DNA from: Phycisphaeraceae bacterium
GTDB lineage: Bacteria > Planctomycetota > Phycisphaerae > Phycisphaerales > Phycisphaeraceae
Assembly (NCBI GenBank): GCA_041743835.1
Contig: JBGTLW010000341.1
Span: 707 to 64,706, forward strand
Direction of reading: 5' to 3'
Length of the DNA stretch: 64,000 nucleotides
Of the stretch, positions 57,063-64,000 are shown one piece after another (within the stretch, counting starts at the first letter, position 1; each line of letters starts with the position of its first letter). The notes below the pieces were generated by a model, which saw nothing but the letters and a program-made list of their open reading frames with translations, did not search any database and had not been told where the DNA came from. A program made the position numbers and the translations under genes.

Positions 57063-57683
57063 TCATTGTGCTGGCGGAGTCTTTTCACCAGCCCCGGTCG
57101 GCTTGGATGTCGAGCCAAGCGGTGTCAGGCCGGCCGCGAGCGCGACCACGAGCAGGAGAGCCACAAACAACGGCTTGAGCGACCACAGCGTCGCAGGCTG
57201 CGCAAGCACCAGCATGACCCACAGGCCGATGAGCCCGTACCGCACCGTGACCAGTCGGCCGAGCGTGGGCGACACGACCGCACGTCCGGCCGCATCGGGC
57301 AGCGGCGCGACCACCGACTCCAGAATCATCACCGCCAGCAGCACCAGCACAACCGCCGTGGTCATCGGGACGATGTGGAGCACCTGCTCCCGCCCCAGTG
57401 CTCGATGGATCGAGGTTTCCACGTTGGCTCGCTGCGCGAGGTACTCATCGACCGCGATCTTGGTGACCCCCACAGCCTCCATGCGCTCAAGGTTGGCGGT
57501 CGTCTCAGCCCGGTGCGCCTCGAGCATGGCTTGGGCTTGCGTGGGGTCTGCCCCGCCGAACACCGAGCGGTGCAGGTCCGGCGCGGCCCGGCCAAGGATG
57601 CCCGGCCCGGCGAGCACACCCAACACAATCGCTGCGACAATGAGATACGCATGAGCGGGGGTGGCGTGGGGCAGCAGATTCAA
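57063..57683 (-). CDS. Integral membrane protein, unknown function (start uncertain, TTG in track)
   Basis: It has hydrophobic helices at both ends (AYLIVAAIVLGVLAGPGIL, VVLVLLAVMILESVV, LIGLWVMLVLA, LFVALLLVVALAAGL). There is no in-frame ATG near the 5' end. Confidence 0.5.
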   Translation of the reverse strand: MNLLPHATPAHAYLIVAAIVLGVLAGPGILGRAAPDLHRSVFGGADPTQAQAMLEAHRAETTANLERMEAVGVTKIAVDEYLAQRANVETSIHRALGREQVLHIVPMTTAVVLVLLAVMILESVVAPLPDAAGRAVVSPTLGRLVTVRYGLIGLWVMLVLAQPATLWSLKPLFVALLLVVALAAGLTPLGSTSKPTGAGEKTPPAQ

Positions 57684-57799
57684 CGTGGCTTTGCGTGATG
57701 CGATGGCTGGCCTCGCTTCGGGTTAGGGGGTGTTCGGTGCGGTCCATGCGGGGCGGCGGAAGCAGGCCCACACGAGCGGGCCAGCGGCGGGGCCGAGCA

Positions 57800-58858
57800 C
57801 TAGCGTGCCCCAAGCCGTTGACGCACAAGCCGGGCACGCTCGACGCGCCGGTCCGCGGGCGTCATCTCCGCGTGCGCCAGCCGTTGCAGGTGCGCGGGCT
57901 GAATCAGCAGGAACAGCTCGTTGATCGTGCGGATGTCCGTCGTATCCAGTCGCCCCAGATTCACGCCCATGCGGACGTGGGAGAGCAGCGCAAGTGTCTC
58001 CTCGGTGCTCAGCACGCGGGCGTGGGTCAGCGTGGCCCAGGCGCGCCAGATCTTGTCATCCAATAGCGCGACGCGCTGCTTGAGTAACGCTTGCCGGGCC
58101 TGCTGCTCGTATGCGATGATCTGGGGGACGACGCTGGTTTCAAAATCCGCGAGGACCTCGGGCTCGGATTTGCCGATGGTGGACTGGTTCGAGACCTGGA
58201 ACAGGTCGCCCAGGGCCTCGGAGCCTTCACCAAACAGCCCACGGACCGCGAGGTGCATGTCGCGTGCGGCCCGCTTGACCTTCTCGATCTCGCCGGTGAG
58301 TTTGAGCGCTGGGAGGTGGAGCATCACGCTGACCCGGATGCCTGTGCCGACGTTGGTCGGGCACGCGGTCAGGTAACCGAAGCGCCGGCTGAAGGCGTAG
58401 TCCAGCCGTTCTTCGAGCACATCGTCGATGCGGTCGATCTGGTCGTAGGCCTCAGCTAGCTGCATGCCGCTGCGGAGCACCTGGATGCGCAGGTGGTCCT
58501 CCTCGTTGATCATGATGGCGAAGGTTTCATCCCCGCCGATCGCCACGGCCCGGGCGACGCCGTCGGCCTCGGCGTGGTGCTTGGAAATCAGGTGACGCTC
58601 CACCAACAAGTGGCGGTCCAGAATCGGGCTCGACTCCAGGTCCACCCAAAGCACGTTCTCCGCAAGCCGCTTGGTGCAAATCTGCTCGTGACAGGCATCG
58701 ATGATCTCACGCTGCTGCCGCTTGTTCGAGCGGTTGACATACGGGAAGCCCGCGAGGTTTCGCGCCAGACGGACCCGGCTGGAGATGACAATTTCGCTGT
58801 GTGGCCCCGCGCCCTTGAGCCATTCCCCCGCGTGGTCGGTGATCTTGGTGAGGCTCAT
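57800..58858 (-). CDS. mcsB: Protein arginine kinase McsB (ATP:guanido phosphotransferase)
   Basis: It has SSRVRLARNLAGFPY, EEDHLRIQ, LTACPTNVGTGIRVSVMLHLPAL, RGLFGEGSEALG and FQVSNQ. These are hallmark phosphagen-kinase-fold motifs as found in McsB. Confidence 0.9.
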   Translation of the reverse strand: MSLTKITDHAGEWLKGAGPHSEIVISSRVRLARNLAGFPYVNRSNKRQQREIIDACHEQICTKRLAENVLWVDLESSPILDRHLLVERHLISKHHAEADGVARAVAIGGDETFAIMINEEDHLRIQVLRSGMQLAEAYDQIDRIDDVLEERLDYAFSRRFGYLTACPTNVGTGIRVSVMLHLPALKLTGEIEKVKRAARDMHLAVRGLFGEGSEALGDLFQVSNQSTIGKSEPEVLADFETSVVPQIIAYEQQARQALLKQRVALLDDKIWRAWATLTHARVLSTEETLALLSHVRMGVNLGRLDTTDIRTINELFLLIQPAHLQRLAHAEMTPADRRVERARLVRQRLGAR

Positions 58859-59370
58859 CGGGAGACACCTTCCATCTTGCGGATGTCATCGCGGAGCCTC
58901 GCCGCAAGCTCGTAATCCTCGGCTTCGACCGCGATATCCAGCCGCTTGCGCATCCTCTGGAGCTGCACCTGCCGGGCTTCCCCCGCGCCGGCCCGCCGGG
59001 GAACCTTCCCGACGTGATGCGTCGCGCCCTCGTGTGCCCGCTCCAGCAATGGCCCGAGCGGGCCCTCGAAGGCCTTGTAGCAGCCGGGGCAACCCAGCAG
59101 GCTGCTGTCCCTGAACGCGGCAAAGCTCAGGCCACAGTCCTCACAGACAAGCTCCGCCCCGCGTGCCTCGGCCCCAGCCGCGACGCTCCCGCCATGCATC
59201 TTCACGAAGTTGGTCAGTAGCTCGCCAATCGGCGCGTGCACCGCCTTGATCGCCAGCCCGTCTTCCGCGGCATGGGCATCGCAGAGGTGCTTCTCGATCT
59301 TCTGGCCCTTGATGATGTCCACCGCGTGGTGGGTCGCAGGGCGGGCACATTTATCACATTTGCGTTTCAC
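58855..59370 (-). CDS. mcsA: McsA-like activator (zinc-finger + UVR motif protein)
   Basis: It has CDKC..(H)LCDAH and CEDCG..CPGCY cysteine pairs and a C-terminal UVR motif (LDIAVEAEDYELAARLRDDI). Its stop overlaps the mcsB start (ATGA). There is no in-frame ATG at the 5' end. The probable start is GTG 59370 (MKRKCDKC); the track start TTG 59448 is possible. Confidence 0.75.
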   Translation of the reverse strand: MKRKCDKCARPATHHAVDIIKGQKIEKHLCDAHAAEDGLAIKAVHAPIGELLTNFVKMHGGSVAAGAEARGAELVCEDCGLSFAAFRDSSLLGCPGCYKAFEGPLGPLLERAHEGATHHVGKVPRRAGAGEARQVQLQRMRKRLDIAVEAEDYELAARLRDDIRKMEGVSR

Positions 59371-59486
59371 GCGCAATACATCCTGGTCGGTGAATGAACC
59401 CCTTACATGATACGCGGACCGGGAGCCGATGACACGCCATAAAGCCAACGAACTTCAACCGCACGCCATTTGACCCGCCTCAGCGT

Positions 59487-60452
59487 TTATGGCCGGCTGG
59501 ACGCTGGGGCATCGGGGTCCGGCGGGAGCAGCGCAGCAAAAACCACAGTATCACCCGCAACTCGGTCGGCCGCGGCAAGCTGCGCCTCGGTCAGCAACGC
59601 GACGAACTGGGCAGGCGTCAACTCCCGCTGAGCGAGGTAGGCGACAAACTGCGCCTCATTGACACCCAGCCCTACCGCTTCAGCGGGCATCGCTACCATG
59701 CGGTGCTTCTGGCCGTAACGCCGGCCGGTCGGCTCGTATGTGACCAGCGCGATCTGCAATCCCGCGTCCTTCGGCCCCTTCCAGCGGGCCTTGGGCTCGA
59801 GACCACGCGTCGGGAACCCCGTCAGGCGGAACTCCTGTCGAAACCCCCGATCCTTCTGCCGCTCAGCCAGTTCATCCCGAAACAGGTACTGCTGAGCGAT
59901 CTGCTGCGACACGGCCGAGCGGTCCACGCCCCGATCCACCAACGCCGATTCATCCGCCCGGCGGTCACGGGTGAGCTGCGTCGGATCAATGAGCTGGGCG
60001 CTTTGCACCAGCATGTCATCCGGCCCCAACACCTCCACCACCTCAACAGATTCCAGGTATCCGTACTGCCCCATACGCAGGCCCGGCAGCGCCATCGCCA
60101 ACGCTTCACACTCCGCATTAGGTGGGCTGATGGTCCGTGTCACTTTCAAGGAGCCATCTCCCACGCTCTCGCGTACACGCCGAGTCAGCTCTTCGCGTGC
60201 CTGCGGCACGGTCATGCCGGTGCTGCTGGGGGTGCGTCGGTCGAAATGCGGGACGATGACATACGCATCCTGATGCTGCGTGACACAGCGTGCAAACCGG
60301 CCGTAATTTTTACGCCAGACGTCGTAGGTTGCGGGGTCCATGCCGTGCCGCGTGTCCTGCGCGCCCGCGGGCAGCGCGACCAGGCTCAGCGCCACAAGCC
60401 CCAGCAAGCTGTAAGCCTGTACCACTAGAAGCTGTCGGTTTCTGAATCTCAT
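59487..60452 (-). CDS. Secreted protein of unknown function (321 aa)
   Basis: ATG 60452 lies 1 nt after the larE stop. MRFRNRQLLVVQAYSLLGLVALSLVALPAGAQD is the signal peptide. I recognise no family. Confidence 0.55.
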   Translation of the reverse strand: MRFRNRQLLVVQAYSLLGLVALSLVALPAGAQDTRHGMDPATYDVWRKNYGRFARCVTQHQDAYVIVPHFDRRTPSSTGMTVPQAREELTRRVRESVGDGSLKVTRTISPPNAECEALAMALPGLRMGQYGYLESVEVVEVLGPDDMLVQSAQLIDPTQLTRDRRADESALVDRGVDRSAVSQQIAQQYLFRDELAERQKDRGFRQEFRLTGFPTRGLEPKARWKGPKDAGLQIALVTYEPTGRRYGQKHRMVAMPAEAVGLGVNEAQFVAYLAQRELTPAQFVALLTEAQLAAADRVAGDTVVFAALLPPDPDAPASSRP

Positions 60453-60453
60453 G

Positions 60454-61290
60454 TTACGCACTCCCTGTCTGCCCCACGGTCAGCATCGCGTTGCCGGACC
60501 CGCTTCGGAAACCCTCCATGTCCAGCGCCACATAGGTGTAACCCGCAGCCTTCAAGGCGTCCACCACACGCTGCCGCGTCTGGTCTTCGATCAGCCTCGG
60601 CATCTGGTCGTGTGGGACTTCCAATCGGGCGACCTGCTCGTGGTGACGGACACGGAAGCCACGGAAACCAAGGTCGTGCAGCGCAGCCTCGGCACGCTCG
60701 ACCTGTGCCAGGCGCTGGGGGGTCACCTCGCTGCCGTATGGAATCCGGCTGGCGAGGCACGCGGCGGCGGGCTTATCTGCATTGGGCAAGCCCAGGTGCT
60801 CAGCGATCGCACGCACATCCGCCTTACACAGGCCGGCTTCGATCAGAGGGCTGATGACGCTGGCTTCGTCCGCAGCCCGCAGGCCGGGGCGGTGGTCGCC
60901 CAGGTCATCGGTATTGGTGCCGTTGGCGATGTACCTGACGCCCAACTCGGCCGCGGTTGCTGAGAGCGTGTCGTAGAGGTGGGTCTTGCAGAAGTAACAG
61001 CGGTCGCCCGCGTTGGCCTGGTAGCCCGCGTCGTTCATCTCGCCGGGGGCCACCACGATCAGATTCAGGTCCTGCGACGCGGCCAGCTTCAACGCCATCG
61101 CCAACTCCCGCCGGGGCAGCGAGGGCGAGTCTCCGATCGCAGCGGGGGCATTGTCCTTGCCCAGCGCGATGCGGGCCGCAACCGCCACGACGGTGGAATC
61201 CACCCCGCCCGAGTACGCGGTCAGCACCCGCCCCCGGGGGGTCAGTGCGGCCACAAGGCGGTCCAGAAGCTTAGCGGGCGTATCCTTCAT
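60454..61290 (-). CDS. larE: PP-loop ATP-utilising enzyme, LarE family (ATP-dependent sacrificial sulfur transferase-like)
   Basis: ATG 61290. It reads MKDTPAKLLDRL..VLTAYSGGVDSTVVA (the SGGxDS PP-loop), DRCYFCK and AAACLASRIP (Cys-containing loop). The 450-aa track ORF is a run-on into the AEC transporter gene. Confidence 0.8.
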   Translation of the reverse strand: MKDTPAKLLDRLVAALTPRGRVLTAYSGGVDSTVVAVAARIALGKDNAPAAIGDSPSLPRRELAMALKLAASQDLNLIVVAPGEMNDAGYQANAGDRCYFCKTHLYDTLSATAAELGVRYIANGTNTDDLGDHRPGLRAADEASVISPLIEAGLCKADVRAIAEHLGLPNADKPAAACLASRIPYGSEVTPQRLAQVERAEAALHDLGFRGFRVRHHEQVARLEVPHDQMPRLIEDQTRQRVVDALKAAGYTYVALDMEGFRSGSGNAMLTVGQTGSA

Positions 61291-61403
61291 CTTGCTCAAT
61301 TCTAACCCACCCGACGGCACAGAGTTGGCCCGCCTGATTCTTTTCCTGCCAACATCGACAACACGCAGTTCACACCCTGCCCCGCCGCTAAACCCGCTCG
61401 CGC

Positions 61404-62324
61404 TTACGCCAGCGCTAGCGCCGCGGCCAGCGACAGAATGCTCAGCACCGTGCTGATGACGATGGTGCTGGCCGCGAGCCCCGGGTCGCCCCGCAGTTGC
61501 ACCGCAAGCACATAAGAGGCCACCGCTGTCGGCGTCGCGGCGAAAATCAACACGATCACACGCTCCGAGCGATCCAGCCCCACCAGCACCGAAAGCCCAA
61601 GCACGACCGCCGGCAAAAGGACCAGCTTGACGAGCGCACAGGCGACCCCGGCCGCGGCGTGGCGGTGGACTTTGTACGTCGCCACCGCACCGCCAAGGCT
61701 CAGCAACGCCAGCGGGGCCGCGGTATCGCCCAGCAGTTCCAGCGTATGCAGCACCGGCGGCCAGGGGGGCAGACGCAACCACGCCAACAGCAACCCCAAC
61801 GCACACGACAGCAGCAGCGGGTTGGTCACCATCGACCGCACCAACCGCAGCGGTGTGCCGCGGTCAAACCGCTGCTGTGCGATCGAAAGCACCACCACCC
61901 CCATCACGTTGTAGAGCAGCACCGCGGGTGCAAGCACCAGCACCGCCCGCGAGATGATGCTGGCATCGCCCTGCACCGCAAGCACCAGCACCGGGAGGCC
62001 CACAAACGCCAGGTTCCCACGGAAACTGGCCTGAGCAAACACGCCACGAGACGAAGCGGGCAAGCCGATCGCCCAACCAATCACATAACTGGCGAGCATC
62101 GCGATCACCGACGCGGCACAGAACACAAGTATCATCCCATTCGCGCCGCCAAGCGAGGTGGCGACCGAGAGCTTGGCGATAAACAACGCGGGCAACGCCA
62201 CCCAATACACCAGCCGATCCAGGCCCTGACGGAACGCCCCATCAAAGAACCCGGCACGCAACAACACCGCCCCCGCAGCAACCAGCAACACGATCGGTAG
62301 GAGTGACGCGATGATCTGCGACAT
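61404..62324 (-). CDS. AEC (auxin efflux carrier) family transporter
   Basis: ATG 62324. It starts MSQIIASLLPIVLLVAAGAVLLRAGFF..LVYWVALPALF, has about 10 TM helices, and its length is typical of the family. Confidence 0.8.
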   Translation of the reverse strand: MSQIIASLLPIVLLVAAGAVLLRAGFFDGAFRQGLDRLVYWVALPALFIAKLSVATSLGGANGMILVFCAASVIAMLASYVIGWAIGLPASSRGVFAQASFRGNLAFVGLPVLVLAVQGDASIISRAVLVLAPAVLLYNVMGVVVLSIAQQRFDRGTPLRLVRSMVTNPLLLSCALGLLLAWLRLPPWPPVLHTLELLGDTAAPLALLSLGGAVATYKVHRHAAAGVACALVKLVLLPAVVLGLSVLVGLDRSERVIVLIFAATPTAVASYVLAVQLRGDPGLAASTIVISTVLSILSLAAALALA

Positions 62325-62392
62325 GACATGCAACCGAAGGCGTTGTGGTTCTTGATTCTGAACTGCCCCGCGTGGAAGCGGGAAACCAGCCA

Positions 62393-62767
62393 TCACGTGG
62401 CGGTAGCGCCGGGGTTGAGCAGGTCGGGCAGGCTGCTGGCAAAAGCGCCTTTGGTGAGCACGCGGTCAGCCCCCCGCTCCCTGGCCTGTTGGAGCAAGTC
62501 TGTCAGCACATGGCTGGCGAACACCACGACCGGCAAGGCGGGGTCGTGGGCCTTCACCTGCGTGACCATGTCCAGCACGTGGTCGCCCGCTTCGAGGTCC
62601 AGGAACACAGCCCGAACCGCATCGTTAGGCTTGCCATCCTCAACACGGCTCAGCCGATTGCTCAACATCTGCGTATCACGCACCGGCCGCGTCACCACGC
62701 CCAGAGCCTCCGCGGTCGAACGCACCTTGGTTGCAAAAATCAGGTCCGAGCAGCAATAAACAATCAT
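62393..62767 (-). CDS. Stand-alone atypical receiver-like (CheY-fold) protein
   Basis: ATG 62767. The segments are MIVYCCSDL (beta1, only one acidic residue), AVFLDLE (Asp at the phospho-acceptor position), VVVFASH and RVLTKG (Lys). The assignment is by pattern only. Confidence 0.5.
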   Translation of the reverse strand: MIVYCCSDLIFATKVRSTAEALGVVTRPVRDTQMLSNRLSRVEDGKPNDAVRAVFLDLEAGDHVLDMVTQVKAHDPALPVVVFASHVLTDLLQQARERGADRVLTKGAFASSLPDLLNPGATAT

Positions 62768-62827
62768 GTCGCCAGTGTAGCGGGAACCGATCGGGCAGAT
62801 GGATCGCCACACAATGCAATCCAACAC

Positions 62828-63517
62828 TCAACCGCTCGCATACAGCCGGTGCTTCACGATGTAGTCCGCCACCGCCGGGGGCACCAGACCCGCGATGGGC
62901 TCACCCGCAGCCACACGCCGACGGATGTCCGTGGAACTCACCGCCACCGGTGGCAACGCCAGCAGCCTCCCCCGCCACGCATCACGCTCACCCGCGGGCA
63001 CACAGGACAACGCCGCTTCCTCGGATACCGGGGCGGTCGGAACTTCCGAAACTTCCGCAACTTCCGGGGGCGGGGCCGGTGGCAGGGGGCGGAGCATGAC
63101 CACGGGCTCCGCAAGCTCCATGATTCGGCCAGCGCTCTTCCACTGGTCGAAGATCGCCATCTGGTCGGTGCCGATGAGCAAGCGCATGGCCGCCCCATCC
63201 GGCAGTTGCTTCGCCAGCCATTCGAGCGTATCGACAGTGTAACTGGGCACAGCCGGGTCGCGCTCCGCTTCAACCGCCAGCACCAGCGAGCGCGGGTCGT
63301 CAGCGACCGCCAGCCGGGTCATCGCCAAACGGTGCGTGGCCGGGGTCTGAACTTGATCTACCTTATGCGGCGCCCGACCCGCCGGGATATACGCCACCGC
63401 GTCGCAGCCCAGCCGATCCCGCGCCAGTCGGGGGAGCTGGACGTGGGCCACGTGTGGCGGGTCAAAGCTCCCGCCGTAGATCAGTAGCTTGTGGATCGCG
63501 TGCAGGTTCACCCCCAC
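62828..63517 (-). CDS. nadD: Nicotinate-nucleotide adenylyltransferase
   Basis: GTG start. It has LLIYGGSFDPPHVAHV (the (H/T)xGH motif) and VSSTDIRRRV (the ISST-type motif). It contains a P/A/E-rich insertion encoded partly by a 3 x 9-bp repeat. Confidence 0.8.
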   Translation of the reverse strand: MGVNLHAIHKLLIYGGSFDPPHVAHVQLPRLARDRLGCDAVAYIPAGRAPHKVDQVQTPATHRLAMTRLAVADDPRSLVLAVEAERDPAVPSYTVDTLEWLAKQLPDGAAMRLLIGTDQMAIFDQWKSAGRIMELAEPVVMLRPLPPAPPPEVAEVSEVPTAPVSEEAALSCVPAGERDAWRGRLLALPPVAVSSTDIRRRVAAGEPIAGLVPPAVADYIVKHRLYASG

Positions 63518-63674
63518 AGCCTATCACCCAGCGGGCCGCAGCCCTACCCAACCCAACCTGCTGCCCAACACCCGGCCTTGCACAGGCCCAACCCGCGCCG
63601 CATCCCCTGATGAGAGCCGACCTGAAATCTGCTATCTTGTGCATGGATCAAACCGCACCCCCCGAGGACCCGCG

Positions 63675-64000
63675 ATGACTGCCTATCTTCCCAAATGGAC
63701 CGCCCTGACGCTGTGCACGCTGACCATCGTGAGCCTGACCGGATGTAACTACAACCGGGTCAAGGCCGAGCGCGACGAGCTCTGGAGCCAGAACCAGGAG
63801 TTGCAGGACAAGTACACCAACGCGCTCGCAGCACTCGATGCAGCAGAGAACGAGGCCGCATCCCTCCGCAACCGCCCCGCGCCCGCCCCGGTCATCATCC
63901 AGGAGCAAGGCCCTGCCACCACAGGTGCTGCGAATCGCTTCGCGGACATCGAAGGCGTGGAAACCTTCAAGCGTGGCGGCGACCTCCACGTCCGCGTGCC
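63675..64000 (+). CDS. Lipoprotein, N-terminal part (possibly OmpA/peptidoglycan-associated family; 3' end outside window)
   Basis: Not in the track because there is no stop in the window. ATG 63675. MTAYLPKWTALTLCTLTIVSLTGC is a lipobox, followed by a coiled-coil segment and then FADIEGVETFKRGGDLHVRV, which resembles the start of an OmpA-like domain. Confidence 0.45.
   Translation, partial: MTAYLPKWTALTLCTLTIVSLTGCNYNRVKAERDELWSQNQELQDKYTNALAALDAAENEAASLRNRPAPAPVIIQEQGPATTGAANRFADIEGVETFKRGGDLHVRV

Noticed and set aside
60454-61806. 450-aa version of the LarE ORF
   Set aside because: The N-terminal 172 aa are G/A/R-rich and overlap the 3' end of the AEC transporter gene (61404-62324) in another frame. 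The conserved LarE sequence starts at the ATG at 61290.

Overview
High-GC (hand counts of typical 60-nt lines give about 65% G+C), densely coding chromosomal segment. I make about 60 protein genes. I found no rRNA, tRNA, CRISPR array, transposase or integrase. Gene content suggests a Planctomycetota-type genome, possibly Phycisphaerae-like; this is inference only. The supporting genes are a sulfatase, a sulfotransferase, a heparinase II/III-like protein, FG-GAP and prenyltransferase-repeat secreted proteins, McsA/McsB, an isolated fliS, CxxCGYNL..CPECG membrane proteins and many signal-anchored proteins of unknown function. Most genes are recognisable housekeeping: metF, cysS, ybeY-corC, hldD, cysE, pcrA/uvrD, trpF, trpS, rarA, cysH, folK, queE, psd, recQ, ptsN, rmuC, nadD, larE, glutathione peroxidase, NIF3, two GT2 glycosyltransferases and an LpxL-like acyltransferase. 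I see no canonical defence island or mobile element. The parts not explained by known families are these: (1) a membrane-anchored coiled-coil protein ending in a BRCT-like domain (42470-43843), followed by a perfect 13-bp hairpin; (2) a co-directional envelope cluster of CheY-like regulator, secreted unknown protein, coiled-coil lipoprotein and membrane-tethered HTH protein (36841-41243); (3) a secreted trio of FG-GAP propeller, S1C protease and a 686-aa unknown protein (5299-10844); (4) an orphan larE tightly coupled to a secreted unknown protein, upstream of mcsA-mcsB; (5) a low-GC islet with hicB-hicA plus an orphan ORF wedged between trpS and fliS; (6) a 6 x 21-bp intergenic tandem repeat and other short repeat clusters. 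All protein calls come from motif recognition by eye on the supplied translations; no alignments or HMM searches were run. The ORF track uses alternative start codons and longest ORFs, so I re-chose several starts by reading the DNA.
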